Positions 13,763-27,622 of a stretch of DNA of 64,000 bases are shown piece after piece; the first letter of the stretch is position 1, and each line of letters opens with the position of its first letter. A program made the position numbers and the translations under genes. Source of the DNA: Kudoa neothunni (taxonomy: Eukaryota; Animalia; Cnidaria); the NCBI GenBank assembly GCA_964304625.1, contig OZ199839.1, forward strand, positions 9,469,979 to 9,533,978, given 5' to 3'. Under the pieces are notes generated by a model. It saw only the letters and a program-made list of their open reading frames with translations. It did not search any database and was not told the origin of the DNA.

Positions 13763-14674
13763 AAAAATAGCATAATCAGTGGCCATTATGGCGTCAATAC
13801 TTTCGAGAATTAAAGTTTTTTAGCGTGATACTCATTTCTCGGCCGCTGTCTGGCCTTTACCGAAACTGTCCGTATTGTGTAGTTTAATCAAAATTTTAAT
13901 ATTCACTGTTGAATTTCTGAAGGAATAGAGAGAGTTTTGTGAGATATCTATAGAAAATGAATATAGAATAAATTTCATTTCAAGACAATGATAGTTGCCG
14001 ATTGAAGCATGTTATAGATGCACATAAGTAAGATTTTTTGGCAAAAATATAAAGAAATGTTATTAATATTGCGTTAAAAAATGAATAAGAAATAAAATAG
14101 TATTTATAATTTTTAAGAATGGGTCATTCACCAAATTTTATCCTAATGGAAAAGGGGCATAAATATTTTTTCAACCAAATAATCTTACTAATATTTTTTT
14201 TATTCTATTTAAATAAACGGTGTCATGCCCATGCCGAAAAATAAGTAAAACACACAATCGGCTGCGCACGCACATTAGGTGCATATTATCGGTTGAATAC
14301 TGTGTATACAGTAATTATTGTCATTTATATAAACTTTGTTGACATTTTTTAATTGAACTTATGATATAAAAATAACTTTTTACAACCAATGATAAAAGAT
14401 TGTTTGCAATTATTAATTTGTTTTATTATTCGCAACATACTTCATGAATATCATGTAGTTTCCGAAAACTTTATCCATTAAATATCGATTAATTACAAAA
14501 TTGAAGTTTTAGGAAACTAAACAGCATCCGAATTGGATATAAAATAAGACTTATACAGACTTTTAACTGAAATAGTTTATATGTGAATTAATAATAGTTA
14601 AAACAACTTTCGGTCTCAACTATGAATATCATTCGTTTAAATCCAGATAATTGTCGCGTTGAATTAAGGTTTAT

Positions 14675-17600
14675 ATGACATTATTATTGTCAATGAGTTA
14701 CATACCAAACATACTTCTGCTGATTTTAGGAGGTAGTAGTTTATGAAAAATTTATAAAAAATATTTCTTTATTAGTTATTCATGAAAACCACGTTTCTTC
14801 TATTGAGATTGATAATAATCTGATGACTTTGAAATTCTCGAACCTAGAAAATAAATACTCTATTTCGATTTCTGGATACGATATCGAAAATAGCCAAAGG
14901 AAATGTGCCTTACAATATTATGATACGACGGGACCATTATTAAAAAGTATTCCTACTTGCAATAGTGATATTGGAAATGGAATTGGAGATGAAAAAGCAC
15001 AAATGTGCATTTACACATGTAAACAAGTACAACTAAAAATCTCTGGATTACAATTTAAAACCATTAAATACATAAAATGGTGTCAAGGAAAGGATAATGA
15101 AAGTGTTAAAACATGTCAAGATAAGAGAGTTTACAAGATTAAAGGTAAGCTAAATTTTTTTAATACTATTATAATTACGATTTTAGATATTTATTTAAAA
15201 AGCGAGTTTTCGACATCGAAAATCAATGATGAATTTACTGTTTCCATTAAAAACAAAGTAAATGGTGGCTTCTCCGCCATGGTTGATCTTAAAAAAGAAA
15301 CTACAGTGGCTTCGGGTAATGACTTTTTTACAACTAAAAGTATTAATATGAATACAAAATTATATAAACCCCATTACATTATTGAATTCATCGATAAATC
15401 TCCCGAAATATTTCTAAACCCTCAAAAACCTGTCAATGATTGGTTTATTGCGACTGGCTCAAAACATATAGACAGCTCGAAATATTATTACACAATTAAA
15501 CTCGAAAATCCGGAACCTTCGAAGATTTGTTATTTTGGAATAAAGGAAATAAATGAATCTCATTTTACTTCATATTGTTCAGTCTACAATAAGGCGGGCC
15601 CATGTTTTCAACCTTGTTTCAAGGCGACATTATATCATCACTCAAATTTAAATTTTGCTCAAATTATGGTCATACCCTACAACAATTTGACATCTAAAGA
15701 GTTTTTTCAAATTGTCACCTGTAATAAAGAAAACTTAATATTTTGTTAATTAAATTTTTAGTTGGCAACCATCAAACAACTGTTAATCCTAGTAAAGATC
15801 GGATTACTGTTGATCTAAACAACTTGAATAAAAATGTGGGGTCCAATGATGCTGTTAGCTCCGCAGCTATATCAGAAATTAAATTAATTAAAAAATACAT
15901 TGGAATTGAAGCTGTTGGTGAAAATCTTACATGCAGTAGCACTGAAGAATGTCTTAGTTTTGGTTCAAAAACTGTGACACAACTAGCACCATTAACCGAG
16001 TATATTATAAAGGTCAAAATAACCGGACTTACAACCGTTGATTCTCCTGAAGTTAACCATTACCATAAATACATATATTTCAAAACAAAAGGTGAAATTA
16101 ACTAATAATAATTTTTTTAATGTTAATAGGAGAACAATTTGAAGCAACTAGAAATATTACACCGGAAACTGTATCAGGTCAACATACGCAATTAACCCTT
16201 CAACCAAAAGATCTTTTCCTGCCTGGAAAAAATTTAAATGCAAAATGTGAACTTTATTATTCAATTGGGGATGAGGCTTCAAAATATCCAGCTACGTGTC
16301 GAATAGGTGATACTAACAAATTTTGTTCGGATGCATGCAACAAAAGCTTTACTATTGTTAACCTGGATCCTAAAACGAGTTACAAGATTACAGTCTGTTC
16401 CAAAGGATATACGTGCGAACAAAGCAATCCAGAAACAGAAAGTAATTTTTATATTCCTGAATAAAATTTATTATTATAAATAGCCGGAGAAACATCATTC
16501 ACGATTTCTACAAATGACGTGGGTGAAAGTAAGAGGACTACTGTCACTATGGCTCCTTCGAGTTCTGAAAGTTTAGGGAATTCGTGGGCATACGTTCTAT
16601 TTGAAAGACTGTCTAAGAAAATAATTATTGATTGTTTGAATGGTCCCTGCGTTCCTACCATATCGGCATCAAATATATTAGATATTTCCTGGGATATTAT
16701 CGACGCAGAAATAGCATACGAAATAGTTGTGATAAATATTGCTACAAGCAAACCTCTGGCGAAAGATATAAAAAGTTTTAATTGTGTAAAAAAATTGGTC
16801 TACTTTTTTTAGGAAGCATTGTGGAAGGTAGTGATCGGATGATTTTAAGATACGATACGACGAATAATAATTATAAAATAAAATTTAAGGACGACTTTAC
16901 AACACTAAAGCATGAACAATGTACAGTAAAAAAATCAAAAGACGATTTATCTGATTATGAGGATGCCGGTGAAAATAATGGAATTATTAAAAAAAGTTGC
17001 AACACACTTGATATAGAATCAACCATCATTCTTAATGATAAATATAAGCTCAATTATATTTCTTATACTTATCAATATTCTAAGGAAGAAACTGTTGATT
17101 CATCATCTGGACTTGCGAAACCAGAGGAAGAGAGACTCGAAAGTGGTACGGAAAAATCACCAGAACCAACAGCACAAAGAAAAAAAACGATCTCATACCC
17201 AAAAGGAAAAGTTTATTCATATTTCATGGGTAATTTATAATTGAAATATAAATATAATTCTTTCAAGATGATTACGAGGAAATAACTTATGCTGCATCCC
17301 TTCATGATGATAAAATAAAATTAGGATCAAATAAATGTTCGTTAAACTGCGAAGCATATAAGGACAATCAAAAACAAGACGGATTAACACAAAATGAAGT
17401 TAATCCATGCTCCAATTTTGAGAGTTATTCAATTCAATTCGATGAGTTGGTTAAGGATTATCATATCCGCTGCCCAAAACATTTTGACTTCCATTACTTT
17501 TACGACAACGATTTCGTGAAAAATAATGCACCAGTTTTTAGTAGATTTTACTACGAATTAACTAATGACTACACAAATAAAAGGTTTACAATAAAATTGG

Positions 17601-20600
17601 TAAATGAAAACCCTTCTGAAATGTGTACGTTTGAATGGTTGGACGCAACTGCGTCTTCTTCAAATAATTTTTTTTCTAATAAGTGTGAAAATAAAAGAAA
17701 CTGTTTATACAGTATGTGTAATAATGTGATTTTTGGAAATATAACAGAGAGCGTAAAAGCGGTAAAAATTCGTGTCTTAAAATTAGGAATGCAACCTACT
17801 CCTGGTTATCAAAGCAACATCTACATATGTATTATGTTAATCATCTACAAAATAGTAATTGTATTATTTAGTGAAGCATGGACAGGATGTACCTGTGACA
17901 ACTTCAAACAACGACATAAAAATTGATATTGGTACTAAAAATAAATATGAAGGAGGCGAACATGTTACTGAACCCTCCTCTGCTACATGTTCGTTGAGTT
18001 ATTGGAATGCGTATGCACCACTTGTTAATGAAAATGGAAGAAAATCCCCCACCTCTTCAACCTGTAATTTCGGTGAGCTGGAAATAACACCAGATCCAAA
18101 CCACTTACATAATGATGTTATGGTGAAAATATCAAATATACCAGGTTATTCTCCACGAAAATACTTTTATTACAAGACAAGTAATTATTTTGAATATATA
18201 TTTTTTAATAAATTTTATTAAGCTCAATCGACCGTACTTTCAACTGGAGAAGTAGCGGTTACATCAACTGAAGATGGATTTTCTTTCATCCTTAATATAT
18301 CAGTGTCATCCACCACATGCACTATTTATGTAAAAGAAAAAGATTCAACGAATGGTTATTACCCGGCTATGTGTACCGGAAAAGTATTGTGTGTCAATAC
18401 TTGCAACACACAATTTACCCTAATTGGACTTTATTCTGGCGCTAGCTACGATATTAAAATTGTACCCAGTGGGAATTATGAAATGTTAGAAGTAAAAAAC
18501 AAACAAACAAGTAGTATAATTGATCTAAATTTTAACAAATGTATAATAGATGGCAGTAAAGTTGATTTTCAAATTTCTGGAGGGACTACAAAAGATAACC
18601 TTATAATTACTCCTAAAGTCATTATTAATAACGCTGATAATACTGAATGTTATTATCAATTATATAGACATGAAACGAATGAATGTAATAAGTTCTTTCA
18701 TATTATTTTATTTATTTGATGTAGTTTCACACACGAATATACAAAAATCATGCATAAGATGTACCGGAAGTGATCTTAAACAATGCAATGAGATCCAATT
18801 CGATCAAAATTCATATAGTAATAAGTACAACTACAGATTAATGATATACGTGGATAGAAAGTCGCCACCAGTCAAAATCCCCATTCCAGGTATAATGGTA
18901 TATTTCTTCTTACATTATTTAATATGTATTTGTAGCTTTTTCCAGACACGGTAAACTACAACAAAAATTTGTGCCCGCAAGTGGTGAAAATATTGAGAAA
19001 TTCTCTATTTCACTTACCGAATTTCCCGATAGCAGTAAATGCGTGATAAAATTAACAAGTTTTGGTGAAACACCGATATTCAATAAACCAGCTTGCTCTA
19101 TTATCACAGATAGAGATTACTGCACTGTTGATTGTCCGACATCTAGGCCCGTTGAGATTGATTATTTAAATTCAAAAATTGATCGATATATATCGGTTTG
19201 TTATGGTTCAAATGATGAAGAAGCAAAAAAATGTAAAAAGGTGTCGGTTTTCCCAATTAGAATGGGTATTTTAATTATATATTATATTAATGAAATATTG
19301 AAAGATTCTTTTGTATTTTTAAAATACTACATTTTTTTAGATTATCGGATGAAAAATACATATAAGATGACTCACATTGATAATAAAGTTAGTTTATCGT
19401 ACAAGTCGAACTCAAAAACCGAGTGGGAAGTGAGTACTGACGAGAGAAGTGATTTATCCAGTGACTCACAAATAACTTCCTTAAATAAATCAAGTTATTC
19501 AGACAACGTCGAAACAAAGTCCGCTGATTTCTCAGTCGATAGATACATGAGTTATTACAAAATAAATTCAACATTATTATGGCCTGGAATAATATATTAT
19601 ACCAATACTACTTTCCTAAACAGTAGCATTCCAATAAAATCTCAAGTTATACACTCAGTTTCAAGTATCGCTAATAAAAACAATCAACTAAAACTAAGTT
19701 TTTCGCCTGGCCCTTACAATGATGAAATGTGTCACATCAAAGTATTTGAAGTCCAGTCAGATGGCAAAGATAAAGAAAGTAATGTTTTGAATGCATTCGG
19801 AGTTGTGAAAGATGGGTGTTACCAACTATGCGAAGACGGTGTTATCAACTTAACCAATGATTATCAAAGGGTTGGAGTGATTATAAAAAGAAGATTCGAT
19901 ACCGTGGGGTTCAAGCAATACCATAAAAGTTTTTGAAATTTTTCATCATTTAATTAATAAATAAATATAGGAGGTGATACTGGCCTTAGTTTATCTGAAA
20001 TTTCCAATGTGGGTGTTAAACTCACGGGACTAAGTATTTATAAAAATTTAATCAATCAAGCTTTAACCCCAACATGTACTATTAATATATCCAAAGCTAA
20101 TACCATATCTACTGAAACAAGGGCTAAGTGTGATGCTAGTAGTGCTGCATGTTCCACTGACTGTCAACAGTCATATACGATTAATAATTTAGAAGCTGGT
20201 ACGGACTATCTGGTATCAGTGGGAATTACTAATCTTGGAATTAATGGCCAGTATATCAAGAAGTTGGTGTTTAGAACGAGTATTATCGAACTCAAATTTT
20301 AAATTCTGAATTTAAATAGTTGGTGGAATTGAGTTAACTACAACCGAGTTTCAAGCAACATTAAAAGCTGGAACCGCCACGGTTACGCCATACCAGACTG
20401 ACAATTATCTTCCGATATGTAGAGTTTTACTTAAAAAGGATGGTGAATCAGATCCAAAATACATGGCTACATGCGAAGGAATGGGGGCTTGTAAGAACAA
20501 ATGTGAGGGTCCATTCAAAATAGTTAACCTAGCGTTGGGACAAAAGTATGAAATATCTGTGGAACCATCTGACGGTAAAAATGTAAAAACATACGAAATT

Positions 20601-21507
20601 ACCACAAGTATTATGTTCAAAATTTTTGTTGCCTGTATAATTTATAAAAGAAAATGCCGATCTCACTTTTTCAGTGAATTTTGTGGAAAACGATGAATTA
20701 AAAATTGTCACGGAGTTTACTGGAAAAAATAAAGACTCTAAATGTCCATTTATATTGCAAGAGAAAAAAGGCAAAATATTGTCGATAGTTACTTGGTGTA
20801 GTGATGACGATCCTTGTGCAGCCAATAATTGTGTTATTAATCTTAATAGATTGTCGAGGGGAAAAGATTATGTTTTAAGTATAAAAGCGAAAGATTATTC
20901 AAAATATAAACAACAGGATATTTTATGTAAATATATGTTTTGTATTAATTATCGATTTATATATAATAATATAAAAAGATTCAAAAATTTCAAAGTTGTC
21001 AGGGTAAATAAAAGCTCATATATTAAATACATAAAAAATGTTTTAGTAAATTAATAAATAAAGTATTCAAATAAACAATATGTAAATAGAGGAGCAGGAA
21101 ATAAATAGTGAATATACAAATATCAACGTGGATGAAATTATTCAAAAAGTCATAAGAATAGTTGAAAAGGGGGTGAATAATTATTTTATTCTAAATTTTG
21201 ATTCTTATCATCATATAGTAAATTTCTTGTAATTGCTACTGTTAAAAATTATCAAATGAATAGATAACATAGATAAACATGATAATAATGCCGCGAAGAA
21301 TGAAAATTCGTATTTTATGTTAGTATTATTATGGTTAATATTTTATTAGGTCGTCTAATAGATACCTGTAAACTGATTCATGTAGTGTCAATGATAATCC
21401 TTTTATGTAGTCTTTATGGAATGATCCCTATCGTGACATCATTGTTGGTAATAATTGGTCTAGTTGTGTACAGAAGGAGGGCTAAAGATGCTAGTTATGA
21501 TTTATAA
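14675..21507 (+). CDS. Large (~1,950 aa) type-I membrane protein: signal peptide, 3x six-domain Cys-containing FN3-like cassette, TM helix, short tail
   Basis: Exons: 14675-14732, 14776-15144, 15187-15720, 15762-16091, 16130-16441, 16484-16774, 16813-17229, 17268-17828, 17872-18180, 18223-18510, 18550-18684, 18725-18889, 18936-19265, 19341-19928, 19971-20279, 20320-20607, 20651-20926. All 16 introns are GT-AG phase 1 and give an open 1,853-codon frame. Signal-like N-terminus MTLLLSMSYIPNILLLILGVIHENHVSS. Last exon 21411-21507 encodes LYGMIPIVTSLLVIIGLVVYRRRAKDASYDL*. Small linker exons in 20927-21410 are not fully resolved. Confidence 0.88.
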
Positions 21508-21898
21508 ATGGAATAGCAAAATCGAAATGTTTCATTTATTATTGGATTTTTATAATTTAGTTAAAGATTTTACCTATATATTATTTAACAAGTTTTCTAT
21601 TAATAAATTACTTTTATGTATTCCTCAAAACTATTTTATGAATTCTACCAGAGAATTACTCTAGAATGCGCTTAGATACAAAAACTACATATGTGAACTT
21701 GCTGTTTATACACTAGTTTGTTATTATTTAATGTCATATAAAATTATTCTCAGTTCTTAATTTTTGTTATTTACAATTATTTAATAAATAGTCGTACATA
21801 ATTTCTTATATATGAATGCTAGAAGAAAGATTGATGTTTTCATAATTTTGTTACAATTAATTTTTGTGAGATGGTAATATCTTATTCATTGTAGATAT

Positions 21899-22142
21899 GG
21901 CTATTTTACAGTATATGTGACGAACTTCGGTGCAAAAACAAACCGCTCGGGAAAAATCGGACACAATATTAAAATTGAACATAAAACCATTATATATTTA
22001 CACACAGTGCTCAATTCCTTATTTTTATATTTATGACTAAACAAAAAATCGGATATATACCCGGGAAAGGTATCCAGACTTTTGTTGGTCACGTTTCTAT
22101 ATATGCGTTTGAAAGCTCCCCAAGTAGCTTCGATTCGATTAG
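21899..22142 (-). mobile_element. Merlin transposon 3' fragment with TIR
   Basis: Encodes NRIEATWGAFKRIYRNVTNK, homologous to the 13.5-kb copy. The TIR GGCTATTTTACAGTATATGTGACGAACTTCG resembles the TIR at 12682. Confidence 0.8.
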
Positions 22143-22458
22143 TATGGACAACTCAGTTCGCATGTTCTTAATAATAGAGCGAAGAGTCGTCGTAATTGAC
22201 GTGGTGTATTAGTAACAATAGCTTCGTTTAAAGTATTCTCCCAATGATTATCATCTTGAAGCATCCCACGTTTCACACATGCCTCTCTATCTGTTGAGTG
22301 CAGCTGACCATCAAATATTCGAAAATCTTGGAAAAACTTTGATCCTGTAATTTCACGTAAAAGCACCCCTAAGTAAAAACATTCACTATACTTCGGATGT
22401 ACAGTGTAAACTCTTTCCGGCGTATTATCAAATTTTACATCGGCATTACCCTCTACAG

Positions 22459-23967
22459 CAGTGTTTCCCTACAGAGGGTGTGAAAAGCCATCATGGGGGT
22501 GCGGGAGTCATTCAAGAATAAATTTAAAAATTAATCTTATTTTGTTCATTTCATAATTTTCGTTAGTCCCCGTTTAAATCATGTAAGGACGTAATGCGTA
22601 CAATAATATTTCTGGTTGTTTTGATATCAATCAATTTTGATTCAAAAATGGGATTTGATAATTTATTTAATTTATTATTTATTCTGTTTGATTCTACGAA
22701 ATAGCACAGTAAGGCAGTAGTTTATATTAAGCCTGTTCAACCTACAAAATCCAACTATCGCTATTTTCATGTAAAATCGTAACTTTGTTATCTTTCAAAA
22801 TAACATATTTATATGCTTAAGCTGTAATTAGGTTGTCAGCATTTTCATCTACTTAGAAAAAATCTCTATCCATAAAAATAAAACCACAATGTGGTTTGAA
22901 CTTTGTCCTCTGGCTAAATTTGAGATCCATCATTTAATTGTATATGATTTATCATGTTAGGTTTTAAGTTTTTTGCTCGAATTTGTACCTGGTGTTTAAG
23001 ATGAACTTTAGCTAAATTTCCTTGAAAAAGATCGGTACAACAAAAATCCGAGCATTTATTTATATATTTAAATAGATGAATGTCAATTTTAACAGAATAA
23101 TTAGTTATTTTTATTCAGGTACATTAAGGAAGCATCTGTTTTGAATTTTCGGAATTCTTCCTAACCCATTGCCTGTATGTTTAAATTAAAATGTGACGCA
23201 ATATAGAGTAAGGAATTCGCCAGGTTTTTCCACACTTGATGGTATATGAAACAAGCCTATCGACTTCATTATGTACAAATAATAAGTATCGGAATTCATT
23301 AAACCCCGAAAACGATTCTCATATTTCATATTCCAACAAAATCTCTTGCTTTGAACTACTTATGAAAACCGAGCTAGAACAAGAGAACCGTCAGATCAAA
23401 TAATATTAAATAACAATTGATTTTGAAACAATGTTTCTTATGAACTATACGAGTTGGCTATTTTTAATTGGCTCATTTAATTTTCACCCTTTAGTACAGA
23501 ATTTATTTAAGCGACCATACTTTTTATAGTTTAATATTACGTTCATATTTATTTTTTAAGTCTAATATTTTTGAATAATTATAATAACATAATTTATTAG
23601 AATTATTTGTTGCTTTACATAAAAATGGTATATATAAGCAAGAATGAATAATAGCTCCAATCATTGATTGTTAAGTCATAAGGAGTGAAATGATAATGTT
23701 CATCCTTTTTCAATTACACATAGCAAATTGAGTTAACCAAAACATTTCGGTTTTAATTTAGTTTAGAAGTAAATGGGGAAATTTGGAGTTAAAATATAAA
23801 CTAAAATAATACAAATATGATTTTAAGACATTTTTCATTAGTACTATTATTTTCGCATTTAAATAAAAAGAATAATTGAGTCTTGACATTCACGTAGAGG
23901 AGGGGGTATGAAGTGAACGTGGAAATTAGGATGGAGGTACGGACGTAAAATTTGTAGGGTAACACTG
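22459..23967. mobile_element. Non-autonomous hAT (Buster/Charlie-like) element inserted in the Helitron
   Basis: TIR CAGTGTT(T/A)CCCTACA and a perfect 8-bp TSD CTCTACAG (nnnTAnnn). Helitron coding sequence resumes across it. Confidence 0.9.
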
Positions 23968-26481
23968 CTCTACAGAATTCCTCTTTTTCGTCTAATCCAA
24001 TTGTAATCTTTCCATATGAAATAAGAGGGAATTTGGTCATATAATAGAGTTTGTGTCAACGAATCATTGTGGTGAAATTTGAAAAACGCTGTCAAAGTTA
24101 TATCTTTTGGATTTTGAATCTGATCCAATAAAATTTCTTCGTTAAAATATATCCTCTGTCCATTCTCCATATGGACACTTAGATGTTGAATTGCCGGATA
24201 TCGACTATGTATATCAAAACCAAAAATCATCCAAAATGCCCCGCTGCTATTTATATATCGTTATGTTTGATAACTGGTGACTTTGTCGGCATTATTTGGC
24301 TGATTAACACAATATTTTGCAGCATCGCACCCTTTTTTAACATATTTACAAACGTATTTAATAGATTTGACAGAGTTACAATACTCAACGTTTATATGTG
24401 CATTAAATATCTTCGATAATAACGGACAATGTGGTACAATCCATGTATTATTAACAACCACATCACGGCTATTTCTCATCTTGAGAGTTGCAGAGAATCC
24501 ACCATGACCAGGTTGTCGTGTTCTGTCAAGCGGATAACCATTTTCATCAGTTTGGGTTTCTACAATAAAACTTATCGGATACTTCTTTGCACATTTACCT
24601 CCCTTCATGCATGGACTTTGTAGATTTGCACTACCACATGGATCATGAACCATCTGTTTACTTATAATCTGAGATAACTATAGATCTTTAGTTTGATCCA
24701 GTAGTTCAGCCGATATAAATTTATCCACGTCATTTGGACGTAGGTTTTCTTTGAGCCATAATAATATGTGAGCATGTGGCAGCCCTCTTTTCTGCCATTC
24801 AATAATATACATGAAGCGCTGCACCTGGCCAAAGATCTTGAATTTCGTTAACAATTTTATGAGTTCCTTTAACTTCAAATTAAACATCCTAGCCATTAGA
24901 TAATGTCCTTCTTTAGCAGCCTGACCTGTGAATGATTCGCCTGTACCATCACTCTACAACGAATTACACGTGAAAGTAAAAAAAGATCTGGACGACCGAA
25001 ACATCGAACAGAGGTCATTGCATCTTGCTTTTTTTTGTGCATATAACGGGGTGACCCTGTGAAACTGGATGAAGAATACACAATTGTCCCCGCTCCATAT
25101 GAGTACCATCATTGCATACACTATCTATTAAATGTATATAAGAGTCAACACGAAGTTCCTTCTGATGAGTTCTAATGTAACATAATCTCTCAGACTCCAT
25201 CTTAGCAAACATATCCATAGCATATTGCTGATATAATGCCTGGAAATGATGTAATGCGTTAAAATTATTCTATATTATCATAAAGTGAAAATCATAAAAA
25301 TTTTTACATGAGACAGTTTTGTTTGTCCCAACCTGAGGAATACCAAAGTGATAACCATCTTGACCATTAATGCAAATTAATGTGAACTAGTGGGTACTGC
25401 AATGGATCATATGAGCGATGCATTTCATTGATTCGTTAGAGTACATTCTGTTCAGTCCTTAAAACAATGTCTCTTTTCCCATGTTGTTGATCTGACATAA
25501 CAACGGCAACCTCATTGCATCGTGAAGCATTAAATCGTCTTTCGTGCTCTCATTCAGGACGTTTATCAGTGTCAATAACTATTTTAAGGTCACGCGAGGA
25601 TTGCATTTACAACGCATATTTGAAGCTACCAATATAGCTGTGGCGCATATGTAACATATGTTGCAGTTCCAGAACAATATCTTATCTCAATTTGGGATAT
25701 ACGTTTGTTCTGCTCTGGGCCTGTAAATTATGATCCTCCACAGAGCACAACTGTAAGAACTTTGAATCCTCAATGTCTGAAGGTAATAGGGATCCTATTC
25801 TATGACAAATTTGGCCCCCAACTTTGAATGTGACATAAAACCAGGTTCACAAACAATTTCTGCCCAAAAGATATCATTTGAAATACATTACTATATTTTC
25901 TGGTATTTTTCAAAAGCGTTGTGAGTCATCGGTTTTTCCACCTAACAAAATTCTCAATAACGACGGAGGTTCAGGTAAAATATCTAACAAAATTTTCCCC
26001 CCAGAACAACATTAACCAACAAATTTGCTTGGTCATTTTTTAACAAAACACATTGGACAGACATTGTTCATTTTTCCAATATTTAAATTTTTATCGCTTG
26101 AGTAATTGACCTGGGGTCATAACTCGAAGCAGCCATATTCCATGATATACTGGTTAAAATATTGTCTCTTTGATAACGTTGAACCACCATGTTCAGTGAT
26201 GGTTCCGTTATATTTTCATGCTGACAATCAATTTGATATTGTTGACTCAATCGGTTCTGTACTTCCAGAAATCTCATTTCATTTTGTTGAATTGTGAGAA
26301 TACGTCGATTCTGGTTTGCTATACGGATTCTTTGCCCCCTTTGCTCTCTACTTTGTTCTCTATCTTGAGATCGTCTAACTTACTGACGTGATCTATTTAA
26401 TTCTCACCGCGAGTTTCTTTCTTCAATGGTCTCTTCCTGTCTTCTATTGGAATTTCTTATTCCGTTTTACTCTCTTCTATT

Positions 26482-26941
26482 TTTTTGTTTACAAGGTAAA
26501 ACCTTTGGCGCAACTTATTAGGTTGTGGAATTCTGGTTGGTTGGTCAGACCTCTTCCATTAACGCTTTAGGCACCGCAGGACGTAACATGAAACCCCGTC
26601 GCTTATCTTTATGCGGTAGTGTGGGACTTTAACCCACTAAACATCCTCGTCTCAGGGCGACCACCACCCCAAACCCTATCCCTTTAAGGACGTTGGCTCT
26701 GTGGGAACTGCAAATAATTTTGCCTTTCAGTGGGTTCCAGAGATTCAAACTCCTATTCACGCAAATCTGGCTGCCAGTGCATCCCATTCCACAACGAGCG
26801 TACACATTAACCACAGCTCCCAAATATGGGATAGAGACCCACCGACACGGAAGCAGTAGTCTGACCAACGGCGGATTCGAACCTATTACCTCAAGGTTCT
26901 GAGTCCAAGTGCCACACCGATGTGCTATATATCCACAGCCA
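26482..26941 (-). mobile_element. tRNA-derived SINE inserted in the Helitron
   Basis: 14-bp TSD TACTCTCTTCTATT (26468-26481 and 26942-26955). A box TAGCACATCGG, B box GGTTCGAATCC, A-rich tail. Confidence 0.88.
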
Positions 26942-27622
26942 TACTCTCTTCTATTCGCTTGATCAACTACCTCTCTTCAAACCCCCGAACCTCAAACGTA
27001 TATTAAAATTATTTATTCGATTAGTTTTTCGATTATTTTTACTGTTTGGCCTTATTTTGTTTCGCATATAATTAGAAACAACTAATATTTCACCAATATT
27101 AATTTCATGTTTTGGTGAATTTTTTGATTCATAATTAGTTATTCTTCATTTATCTAACCTTTAATAATTTTCAAGTTAATTTTTAATATCTTATGACATA
27201 AAACATTATAATTTTAGACTTTACAATTTGAAATGTTCAAAAAATAAAATTTTAAGTGACAAATAATCGGTATGACTTATGGTTCGTGTATATACACATA
27301 CTATAAATTTTTAGTTTAACCTTAGTCTAAACTGAGGAAACTAAACTATTGCTTTACACTCATTTTGATCCATTTAACATGTTGAAAATATTATTGATAA
27401 AACAAATTTTATATCCTGTATTATGGTATCTTTATATTTTAGCCAAATTCCACACGTTAAATAACAAATTATCTTCTTAAATTAAACAAATTCGGGAAAG
27501 GAAACCACCCCCCCCCCCGCGTAATCCTGCGATAGCGCTATCTATACACATTTAATTATTTTTTAAATATAAAACACCTCAGCCTACACCAGACTTTGAC
27601 CTACATTGGGAACAAACAAAAA

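Larger units (their letters stand above)
22139..27070 (-). mobile_element. Decayed Helitron Rep/helicase gene, truncated before the helicase and interrupted by hAT and SINE insertions
   Basis: Rep motifs SSFTGSPRYM, GRPDLF, IEWQKRGLPHAHIL, MVHDPCG..SPCM..GKC.KKYP, HINVEYCNSVKSIKYVCKYV.KG, QHLSVHMENGQ and QLRRLFA. Many stops and frameshifts. Confidence 0.92.

Noticed and set aside
14823-21054. Apparent cluster of many small genes, or stop-codon readthrough / alternative genetic code
   Set aside because: All stops and frame changes fall within ~40-nt GT-AG introns; the standard code gives one open frame.
26865-26935. tRNA gene
   Set aside because: It has A and B boxes but is the head of a TSD-flanked SINE, with no convincing cloverleaf. 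The same applies to ~61695-61750.
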